From: an uncultured Spirochaetota bacterium
GTDB lineage: Bacteria > Spirochaetota > Spirochaetia > SZUA-6 > Fen-1364
DNA length: 64,000 nt
NCBI GenBank assembly: GCA_963734545.1
Contig: CAVTHO010000001.1
Coordinates: forward strand, 1 to 64,000
Direction of reading: 5' to 3'
The notes beneath the pieces are model-generated. The model was not told the DNA's origin, made no database searches, and worked only from the letters and a program-made list of their open reading frames with translations. The translations under genes and the position numbers were made by a program. Below are positions 32,507-40,461 of this stretch, piece after piece. Positions within the stretch are counted from its first letter, which is position 1. Each line of letters starts with the position of its first letter.

Positions 32507-32564
32507 TTAATCTACCACGCGATGCAGCCGATTCACAAAACGCGGGGGTCGGCGGATTTTTCAC

Positions 32565-32593
32565 TTGACAGGCGCCGCTCCTGTTGGTATTCT
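32565..32593 (+). promoter_or_regulatory. Sigma70 promoter
   Basis: TTGACA-17-TATTCT with extended -10 TGn. Confidence 0.7.
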
Positions 32594-32599
32594 CTGCAC

Positions 32600-32682
32600 G
32601 ATTTGGCTGTCTGGTCGCCGGCTCTCTGGTCCCTGCGCTGCGCAACATGCGTGCGGCGCAGACTGGAGAACCGGCTTTTTTT
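32600..32682 (+). ncRNA. Candidate small RNA or leader: long hairpin plus U7 tract
   Basis: About 25-bp irregular stem 32617-32675 with G-U pairs followed by TTTTTTT, directly after the promoter. Confidence 0.4.
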
Positions 32683-32802
32683 GTGGATCATCCGACCGCG
32701 GACGGAAATAAGAGTCCTGCGAAGGCAGGGAAAGGAGGTGCGGAGTGAAGAACGAAAACGAAATGCCTGACCAGAGGTGGTCGGGCGTCTAGACAGTCCA
32801 AA

Positions 32803-32834
32803 GTGGCCGTCCCTGGACTCTTGGGGACGGCCAC
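32803..32834. terminator. Stem-loop at the end of the ABC operon
   Basis: GTGGCCGTCCC / GGGACGGCCAC. Confidence 0.6.
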
Positions 32835-32836
32835 CC

Positions 32837-33685
32837 TTATTCCTTGATCCCGCCGGACGTCATTCCCATGACGATGTATTTCTGGAATATGACCGCGATC
32901 AGGACCGGCGGGAGCGAAGCAATCACCCCTCCCATGGCGATCATCTCGTAGTCCACGTAATGTTTGCCGCTGAACTCCGCGATGGCCACGGGGATGGTCT
33001 TGGCCGCGAGGGTCGAAGTGAAGACAAGGGCGAAGAAGAACTCATCCCATGCGATCAGGAACGAAAGAATCGCCGTGGCAATGATCCCCGGCCGCGCCAT
33101 GGGCACATAGATGTGCCAGAGCACCTGCAGGCGGCTGCACCCTTCGATCGAAGCTGCCTCCTCGAACGTCCGGCTGAGGGACCCGAAGTAGCTCTGCATC
33201 ACCCAGATCACGAACGGCAGCGACATGGTGAGATACAGCAGGATGAGCGTGGGACGGGAGTTGAGCATGCCCAGCTTGCTGAGAAGGAGGTACAGGGGCA
33301 TGACGACGACGACGGACGGCACCATGTACGTGAAAAGGATCAGGTACATGATTTTCCCCTTGAACGCGAACCGCAGGCGCGCGAACGCGTAGGAGGCGAG
33401 CGAGCCGAGGACCAGGGAGACGACCGTGGCCGCGCCCGCAACGATGAGGCTGTTGCCCATGGCGACCTTGAACGCGAATGCGATGTCGTTGTCGTGGTTC
33501 GCAATGACGTCCCCATACCTCTGGAAGGTGACCTCCGGCGGGATGAGCCGCAGCGGCTTGGAAATGATGTTGCGATGGATGGAAAGGGAAGTAATCATCA
33601 GCCAGAGGATCGGCGCAAGGGCGAAGACGAGCACGAGGAAGCCCGAGAAGTATTGCACCCAGGGGAAAATGCGGCTCCTGGTCAT
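32837..33685 (-). CDS. Carbohydrate ABC permease (MalG-like)
   Basis: ASYAFARLRF, EEAASIEG, FQKYIVMGMTSGGIKE. Confidence 0.9.
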   Translation of the reverse strand: MTRSRIFPWVQYFSGFLVLVFALAPILWLMITSLSIHRNIISKPLRLIPPEVTFQRYGDVIANHDNDIAFAFKVAMGNSLIVAGAATVVSLVLGSLASYAFARLRFAFKGKIMYLILFTYMVPSVVVVMPLYLLLSKLGMLNSRPTLILLYLTMSLPFVIWVMQSYFGSLSRTFEEAASIEGCSRLQVLWHIYVPMARPGIIATAILSFLIAWDEFFFALVFTSTLAAKTIPVAIAEFSGKHYVDYEMIAMGGVIASLPPVLIAVIFQKYIVMGMTSGGIKE

Positions 33686-34581
33686 TGATCCCCCACTTCC
33701 CTGCGCTTCATGCTCCTGATGTACAGGACCGTGAAGACGAGCACGATGATCGCAATCAGGTACGACACCGTGGATGAGATCGAGTACTGGAGATTGGCGA
33801 ACGCTTTCAGGTATGCCTCGTAGACCAGGACCTTGGTTCCATTGGACGGACCGCCCCGTGTCATGACGTAGAAGATGTCGAAGGCCTTGAACTTCTCCAC
33901 CGTGCGCATGACCACCACGACGGAGAGCGTCGGCACCAGGTACGGCAGGGTGATGTGCCAGAACCTCTTGAAGACGCCCGCACCGTCCACTGTCGCCGCC
34001 TCGTAGAGCGACTTGTTGATGAATTGAAGGGCCGCCAGGAAAAAGATGATGGCGAACGGGGTCATCTTCCACACGTCCGCCGCGATCACCATGTTCATTG
34101 CCAGGAACGGATCGCTCAGCCAGGCGCGGTACTCCGCAAGGATGTGCAGCCGGGTGAGCACCGCGTTCAGGACGCCATACTCGGGATTGTAGATCCACTT
34201 CCATATGCTTGCGTTCACGATGCCGGGTATGGCCCAGGGCACAATGACCAGCACGCGCAGAAAACCCACGCCCAGGAACCGCGTGTTCAGGAGGAGCGCG
34301 GCGAGCAGACCGAGCATTGTCTCAAGCGCCACCGACACGCCGGTGAAGTAAAGGGTCCGCGCGAGCGCCTGCCAGAACCAGGCGGAGGCAAGGACCTGGA
34401 TATAGTTCCAGAGCCCGAGAAACTTCCCGCGTTCCGCGGAGATCAGCTCCATGTTTTTCAGGCTGTAGATGAACGTCGTGACAAGCGGGACCAGCACGAC
34501 GCCGAAAATGACCACGGCGGCAGGGGCAAGGATGAGAAACGCAAACTGCTGCTCCGCAAACACCTGCCGCCGTGGAGTCAA
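33682..34581 (-). CDS. Carbohydrate ABC permease (MalF-like)
   Basis: PWAIP, DVWKMTPF, YEAATVDGA, MTRGGP. Confidence 0.9.
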   Translation of the reverse strand: MTPRRQVFAEQQFAFLILAPAAVVIFGVVLVPLVTTFIYSLKNMELISAERGKFLGLWNYIQVLASAWFWQALARTLYFTGVSVALETMLGLLAALLLNTRFLGVGFLRVLVIVPWAIPGIVNASIWKWIYNPEYGVLNAVLTRLHILAEYRAWLSDPFLAMNMVIAADVWKMTPFAIIFFLAALQFINKSLYEAATVDGAGVFKRFWHITLPYLVPTLSVVVVMRTVEKFKAFDIFYVMTRGGPSNGTKVLVYEAYLKAFANLQYSISSTVSYLIAIIVLVFTVLYIRSMKRREVGDQ

Positions 34582-34596
34582 GAGATCGTCCTCTCT

Positions 34597-35841
34597 CTAC
34601 TTCTTTGCCGCCAGGGCCGCTGCGAATGCCTGCTCTTCCGCCAGGGCCTTGTCACTGGTCTTCTTGCCGCGCAGCACGTCCTGGATCCTGGCCTGGAAAT
34701 CGGTGGAGAACTCGCTGTAGTACGGCAGCGACGGCCTGTTCACCAGGTAGGTGTACTGGTCCTTCGCGATTTTGACCACCTCGGGGCTCGACGCAATGAC
34801 GTCCTTGTCGGCATAGAGGGATTTCCAGATGGGGAGCGCATTGGCGGGGTGCTTCCGCTGGAAGTCCTTGGACGCCATGTACAGGATATACTGCCACGCG
34901 GCCTTGTCCTGCTTTGTGCCCGCGGAGATCGAGAGGGGCTGGCCTCCGTTCACCGTGGCGCTGGCCACCGCGCCCGATCCCGGGATGAGGGCAACGGCCA
35001 CGTCGTTCACGACCTTGGACTTCGAAGGGTCCCGGGCTCCGTTGTACATGTATGTCCAGTTCAGCCCGAAGGCAGCGTCACCGTTGCTGAAAGTGGCGAG
35101 CACGTCGTCTTCCACGAACTCCAGGGAGTTCGGATTCGTCACGCCTTCGGCGAGCGTCTTCACCATGAAATCGAGCGCTCTCTTGTTGCCGGCGGCGGTC
35201 AGGGTGGGGTTCCCGTCCTTGTCGAACATGGCGCCGCCGAATGCCGCCGACAGGATCGTGTAGTCGCACATCAGGGCTTCCGCCTGCGTCCAGCTCCACG
35301 CGATGGGGAACTTCACGAGGCCTTTTGCCTTGATGACCTTTGCCTGGGAAAGAAGCTCGTCCCAGGTCCTGGGAGGATTGTTGAAACCGGCCGCCGCAAG
35401 GATCTTCTTGTTGTAGAAGAGGTACTTGCAGTCGTTGAGCCAGGGCATGCCCCAGCTTTTTCCATTGTAGACTGTCGAGAGGATCGCCCCGCCGAATATG
35501 TCCTTCTGGTCGGCCGCGGAAAGGGCGGGAACTTCCTTGATGATGGACGCTTTGGCAAACTTGGCGGTGAACGGACCGTCGCTCAATACCACGTCGTAGC
35601 TTCCGGCCTGCGCGGAGGTGATGATCTTTTCCTCGAGCTGCTCGTACGGCACGAAGGTCAGCACCACCTTGATGTTCGGGTTGGCTTTTTCGAACTCCCG
35701 TGTGCCCGCCGTCACATCGTCCTCGCTGTAGCCGGCCTGCTTCATGAAAAGCGCATTGAGCGTCGTCGGCGCGCCGTACACGCCCGTGGCGACCACCAGC
35801 AGCGCGGCCAGAAATCCGAAAATCATTTTCCTCATGACCAT
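34597..35841 (-). CDS. Carbohydrate ABC substrate-binding protein
   Basis: Signal peptide; LFMKQAGY, PPRTWDEL, NWTYMY. Confidence 0.9.
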   Translation of the reverse strand: MVMRKMIFGFLAALLVVATGVYGAPTTLNALFMKQAGYSEDDVTAGTREFEKANPNIKVVLTFVPYEQLEEKIITSAQAGSYDVVLSDGPFTAKFAKASIIKEVPALSAADQKDIFGGAILSTVYNGKSWGMPWLNDCKYLFYNKKILAAAGFNNPPRTWDELLSQAKVIKAKGLVKFPIAWSWTQAEALMCDYTILSAAFGGAMFDKDGNPTLTAAGNKRALDFMVKTLAEGVTNPNSLEFVEDDVLATFSNGDAAFGLNWTYMYNGARDPSKSKVVNDVAVALIPGSGAVASATVNGGQPLSISAGTKQDKAAWQYILYMASKDFQRKHPANALPIWKSLYADKDVIASSPEVVKIAKDQYTYLVNRPSLPYYSEFSTDFQARIQDVLRGKKTSDKALAEEQAFAAALAAKK

Positions 35842-35882
35842 GCTCCTTCCTTCGAGAGGTTTTTTCGATCCTCTTCAGGCCA

Positions 35883-35898
35883 TACAAGAAGCATGCCC
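35883..35898 (-). promoter_or_regulatory. Possible sigma54 (-24/-12) promoter
   Basis: GGGCATGCTTCTTGTA (GG-N10-GT variant) between the NtrC-type gene and the SBP gene. Confidence 0.4.
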
Positions 35899-36064
35899 AC
35901 CGGGCATGGATGAACAGGCCCTCGAGGGAAAGATTTTCAAATAGCCATATCAAAAGGAGTTGCAGGATATGCCGGAGAACCAGCAGGCGCGGAGCAGCCG
36001 GACCCGGCAAGCCGGGTGGGGCATATGACGCAGGGCATTGGGTGTTCTCACCCGTCGGGTGTGC

Positions 36065-37441
36065 TCATCCGGCAGCGATGCCGTGCTTCCTCATACGGTA
36101 ACGGATCGTGTCCCTCGTAATGCCCAGCTCCCGGGCCGCGGCCGAGATATTTCCCTTGTGCCGGTGAAGGGCTTCGAAGAGCAGGTCCCGCTCGACCTGC
36201 TCCAGCTTGTTGTCCATGGGCGCCGGCGGGCGGCCGGCGGCGGGCCCGGAATCCGCGGAGTGCCGCGGCGCCTTGATCTCCGGCGGAAGACAATCGAGCT
36301 GAACGACGTCCGAAGAGGACAGCACGACCGCCCTCTCCAGAATATTGCGAAGCTCGCGCGCATTGCCCGGCCAGGCATAGGTGCAGAGGGCTTCCCGCGC
36401 CTTTGCGGAAATCCCCTTCATCGGCTTGCCGATGATGACGGACAACTGCGCAAGGAAGTGCTCTGCAAGCGGGAGGATGTCCTCTCTCCTTTCGCGGAGC
36501 GGCGGGATCCTGATCGTGATCGTGTTGATCCGGTAGTAGAGATCCTCGCGGAAGAGCCCTTCCCGCACCATCGTTGCCAGGTCCTTGTTCGTTGCGCAGA
36601 TGATGCGCGTCTCCACCCTGATGCGGGCGGTGCTTCCCAGCGGCTCGAAGGTCTTGTCTTCCATGAAGCGCAGGAGCTTGGCCTGCGTCTTGAGCGGGAT
36701 CTCGGCGATCTCGTCCAGAAAAAGTATTCCATTGTCGGCGAGACATATCCGGCCGGAGAAGTTTTGAACTGCCCCTGTAAAGGCGCCTTTCCTGTAGCCG
36801 AACAGCTCGCTCTCAATGAGAGTATCAGGCACCGCCGGGCAGTTGATGTTGACGAACGGCACGCTGAACCCGGTCTTCGCGCGCTCGGCTGCCAGCGTAT
36901 GGAGGGTCCGGGCGATCACCTCCTTGCCCGTGCCGCTTTCCCCGAGGAGGAGCACCGCGGAAGGGGCGGAGGCCACTTTCTCCACGGTTCGCATGATCTC
37001 CTTCATCGCCTGACTCTCGTGCACGACGCCCTGCGTCCGACAGCTCTCCCGGAGCAGCCGGTTTTCGTTCTTCAGGTCTTCCCGCATCAGCGTGTTGCGC
37101 ACGATGTGCCGGATCACGTCCTTGTTGAATGGTTTTGCAATGAAATCAGTCGCGCCCCATTTCATGGCTTCCACCGCGTTCTCGATGGAGCCGTAGGCGG
37201 TGATCATCACGAGGGGAATGTCGCGGCCCCCCTGCTTGACGAATGCCAGCAGGTCCATCCCGCCCTTTTCGGGCATCTTGAGGTCGGAAATGATCAGGTC
37301 CGGATCCGCGTTGCTCTCGATGAGCGCGATGGCCCTGGCGCCATTGTGCGCCGTGGAGACCTCGTACCCGTCGTCTTCAAGGAGCATTTTCAGGACGCCG
37401 CAGATGTTTTCTTCGTCGTCCACCACAAGGATTCTTTTCAT
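36065..37441 (-). CDS. Sigma54-dependent response regulator (NtrC/AtoC family)
   Basis: REC, GESGTGKE, GAFTGA, FREDLYYR, WPGNARELRN, Fis HTH. Confidence 0.93.
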   Translation of the reverse strand: MKRILVVDDEENICGVLKMLLEDDGYEVSTAHNGARAIALIESNADPDLIISDLKMPEKGGMDLLAFVKQGGRDIPLVMITAYGSIENAVEAMKWGATDFIAKPFNKDVIRHIVRNTLMREDLKNENRLLRESCRTQGVVHESQAMKEIMRTVEKVASAPSAVLLLGESGTGKEVIARTLHTLAAERAKTGFSVPFVNINCPAVPDTLIESELFGYRKGAFTGAVQNFSGRICLADNGILFLDEIAEIPLKTQAKLLRFMEDKTFEPLGSTARIRVETRIICATNKDLATMVREGLFREDLYYRINTITIRIPPLRERREDILPLAEHFLAQLSVIIGKPMKGISAKAREALCTYAWPGNARELRNILERAVVLSSSDVVQLDCLPPEIKAPRHSADSGPAAGRPPAPMDNKLEQVERDLLFEALHRHKGNISAAARELGITRDTIRYRMRKHGIAAG

Positions 37442-37449
37442 TCTCTCTC

Positions 37450-39183
37450 CTAGATCCGGATGCTGAACAAGGAGCCTTTGCCCGCGCAGGAGCGCACGTC
37501 AATGGTCCCTCCGTGGCTCTCGACGATTCTGTGCGCAATGGACAGTCCAAGGCCGGTGCCCGCGTCGCGCGTGGTAAAGAACGGGTTGAATATGCTGCGG
37601 CGGATTTCCTCTTCCATGCCGGCGCCCCAGTCCTCCACCTCGATGCAGAGCTTTCCCCCCGCCAGGCGGGAGCGTATTTCCACGCGGCTTCCCGAGGCGG
37701 ACGCCTGGAGCGCGTTGAGCACGAGGTTCGCCAGCGCCTGGGTCATCAGGTTCCTGTCCATGGGGTATTCCGCGGGCTCGTCCGCGATGTCGGTACGCAC
37801 GTCGATCCCGGGGTAGTGCTCCAGCGGCAGGCTTTCCAGGGCGAAGTCCACCACGCTTCGCACGGTACAGGGCGCGCGGGTGACCTTTCGCGGCCGCGCA
37901 AAATCGAGAAAGTTGGAAACAACCAGGTTCAGCGCGTCGGTCTCATCCACGAGCAGCCGCGTCAACTTGTGGTACTTTTCCTCGTTCTTGCTTACCGTGA
38001 AATTGTCCCGCAGCATCTCGGAGGAGACTTTCATCACCACGAGAGGGTTGCGTATCTGGTGCGCCACTCCCGCCGCCATTTCTCCGAGGGCGGCAAGCTT
38101 GGTGGAAAGCGCCAGCTTCTGCGAAAGCTCCGAGAGCTCGGTCTCACGGATGAGGAGCTTCCGGCACATGTCGTCGAACGCCAGGGCAAGCTGGCCGAAC
38201 TCGTCCTGCCATCCCAGCCGGAACGGAGGGTTGAAGTCTCCGCGGGAGATATGCGTGATTCCCTGGAGGATGGTCTGGAATCTGCGCAGGAATGTGCGCT
38301 GATAGAAGGCGATCCCGGACACGAGGGCCAGGCTCAGAATGAGAAAGGTGGCGAGCAGGGAAATGAGATTGTACCGGTTGATCTGCCGGGTGGATTCGGT
38401 GGTGTCCATCATGCAGTAGACGGTTGCGCCCGACACACCGAGGCCCCCGAGGTCCAGGGCGCTCACGATATACTGCGCGGCCTTCACGATGCTGCCTTTC
38501 TCCCCCGCGTTGCGGGCGTATGCATCGATGACCTGCGCGACCTGGTTCTCCGGCATTGTCTCATCGTGGACCGAGACGCTGCCGAACTGGAGCGCCACGC
38601 GCGCGTTGATTATCTTCTCGATCCTTCGGACGAAGTCCTGGTCCACCCTGAGCCCGAGTGAAAGGACCCCGATGATCCTCTCCGCCCTCCGTATGGGAGA
38701 GAGGATGTAGAGGCTCGTTCCCAGCCTGCCTTGCGAAACGAAAAGGGCGTTGCCCCCGGTGATCGCCCCGGCAAGCTGCCTGCGGAACAGCGCATCAGTC
38801 GTGGGGAGCTGTCCGGTTGCCGCGAAGAGGGAAGCGGGGGGAAGGTAGACGGTGAGGGACTGGATGCCGAGGGACTCCTTGAAAATGTCGAGCTCCCGGG
38901 CGAGCAGATTCTTCAGCTTGAAGTCCGTGTAGTCGACGGTCTTCTGCTGACCGGCAATCAGGTCACCCTTGACGCGCAGGTCGGCAAACGTCTCTCCCAG
39001 GTATCCCTCGACGCTCAGGATCGTGTCGGACATCTGGGACTTCAACGAGTCGAGGTTGGTGCGGGAGATGATCGTCGTGAGGATCGTGAGGGTCACGAAG
39101 GACTGGCTGAGGACCAGCACGACGAAGAACAGCACCATCTTGCCGGACAGCTTGAGGCCGCCCTTGCGGAAGAAGTAGCTCAT
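37450..39183 (-). CDS. HAMP sensor histidine kinase (NtrB/AtoS-like)
   Basis: GEMAAGVAHQIRNPL, FNPFFTT, GTGLGL; start overlaps the SBP stop. Confidence 0.9.
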   Translation of the reverse strand: MSYFFRKGGLKLSGKMVLFFVVLVLSQSFVTLTILTTIISRTNLDSLKSQMSDTILSVEGYLGETFADLRVKGDLIAGQQKTVDYTDFKLKNLLARELDIFKESLGIQSLTVYLPPASLFAATGQLPTTDALFRRQLAGAITGGNALFVSQGRLGTSLYILSPIRRAERIIGVLSLGLRVDQDFVRRIEKIINARVALQFGSVSVHDETMPENQVAQVIDAYARNAGEKGSIVKAAQYIVSALDLGGLGVSGATVYCMMDTTESTRQINRYNLISLLATFLILSLALVSGIAFYQRTFLRRFQTILQGITHISRGDFNPPFRLGWQDEFGQLALAFDDMCRKLLIRETELSELSQKLALSTKLAALGEMAAGVAHQIRNPLVVMKVSSEMLRDNFTVSKNEEKYHKLTRLLVDETDALNLVVSNFLDFARPRKVTRAPCTVRSVVDFALESLPLEHYPGIDVRTDIADEPAEYPMDRNLMTQALANLVLNALQASASGSRVEIRSRLAGGKLCIEVEDWGAGMEEEIRRSIFNPFFTTRDAGTGLGLSIAHRIVESHGGTIDVRSCAGKGSLFSIRI

Positions 39184-40424
39184 TGACCGGTTCCCGTGAG
39201 AGAGTCGATGCCCTTCTGCGCTTCCCGCAGCGCCTGTTCCGGGGAAACAGCGCCTTTCAGCGCCTTGAAGATCCACCGCTGCAGAACGGCGCTTATCTCC
39301 CCGTAGAGGGGATGCACGGGACGATACTGGAGCCCCTCGATCTGGAGCTGCTTGATGGGCAGGTAAGGGTCGTCCCTCAGCGTGGACGGTCTGCCCCACA
39401 CCTCCTTCCACACCGGCATGAACTCCAGGTGCCGTCCCTGGAACTCGGGGGAGTCCAGGTAGAGGGCGAACCGCCAGGCGCTCTCCTTGTGCCGGGACCG
39501 GGCCGTGACCGCCAGGCCTTCGAATCCGCACACGCTCGAAGTGGTCGTCCCGGTCCTTGCCGTGGCTTCTGATGCAGGGATCGGGCTCAGGGCCCATCGC
39601 ACCGGGGCCTGTTTCTGGGTTCCTCCGAGGAGCCTGATCAGGAAGGACCAGTTGGTGGTGAAAAGGCAGTCACCGGACTGGAAGACTTCGGAGGAAAAGT
39701 TCTCTTCGGATTGCAGTGAATAGGGATTCATCAGCCCGTCGGTGAGCAGGCGTTTCATGAAGGTGAGGGCGGACTGGCAGGGAGAGGTGGTGAGGTCGAT
39801 CCGGCCGTCCGGGTCGGCGAGCGATCCTCCGAACGCGCCGACCAGCCACGTGAACTCACAGACAAGCACTTCCTGCTCGTTCCACGAATCGAATAGAGGA
39901 TACTCGATGATCCCCCTTTTCTTGACCTCCCGCGCCGTGCGCACCATCTCTTCCAGGGTCCGGGGCGGGGAGGTGAAACCGGCTTTGGATAGCAGGTCGA
40001 GATTGGTGTACAGGAGCTGGAAATCCGCGTGGAAGGGCAGCCCCCACAAAAGGTCATGATAGGCGAATGCCTCGTAGATTTTCGGAACGATCCCGGCCCT
40101 GACTGTCTGGACCAGGGGCGCGGGGAGGGGATCGATGATCCCGTGCTCGGCGAAATCCGCCGTCCAGATAAGATCAAGAAGGATGAGATCGTAATCCGGA
40201 ACAGCCCTGCCCGCGGATTCCTCAATCAGGGAATAGCGGTCCTTGTATTCCACGAACACAGGATTGACGCGTATGCCCGTCTGTTTCTGGAAGGACTGAG
40301 CCCGTTCGACAATGTCCGGCAGGTCGTACCCGGATTGCTTCATGTAGAGGAACGTGATTTCCTCCGCGCGCGCGGGAATCGAGAGGGAGAATACAAGGAG
40401 GAGAAGACACGGGGCTCGTTTCAC
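39180..40424 (-). CDS. Solute-binding protein co-transcribed with the kinase
   Basis: FLYMKQSGY, PPRTLEE; paralogous motifs to the 34597 SBP. Confidence 0.85.
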   Translation of the reverse strand: MKRAPCLLLLVFSLSIPARAEEITFLYMKQSGYDLPDIVERAQSFQKQTGIRVNPVFVEYKDRYSLIEESAGRAVPDYDLILLDLIWTADFAEHGIIDPLPAPLVQTVRAGIVPKIYEAFAYHDLLWGLPFHADFQLLYTNLDLLSKAGFTSPPRTLEEMVRTAREVKKRGIIEYPLFDSWNEQEVLVCEFTWLVGAFGGSLADPDGRIDLTTSPCQSALTFMKRLLTDGLMNPYSLQSEENFSSEVFQSGDCLFTTNWSFLIRLLGGTQKQAPVRWALSPIPASEATARTGTTTSSVCGFEGLAVTARSRHKESAWRFALYLDSPEFQGRHLEFMPVWKEVWGRPSTLRDDPYLPIKQLQIEGLQYRPVHPLYGEISAVLQRWIFKALKGAVSPEQALREAQKGIDSLTGTGQ

Positions 40425-40432
40425 CGGGAAGC

Positions 40433-40461
40433 ATTCTAAGAGCCCCCCGGCGAGGTGTCAA
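40433..40461 (-). promoter_or_regulatory. Sigma70 promoter giving a near-leaderless transcript
   Basis: TTGACA-17-TAGAAT, 8 nt before GTG 40424; no SD. Confidence 0.7.

Noticed and set aside
33955-35913. 652-aa ORF antisense to the ABC genes
   Set aside because: Shadow ORF from high-GC codon bias; no motifs
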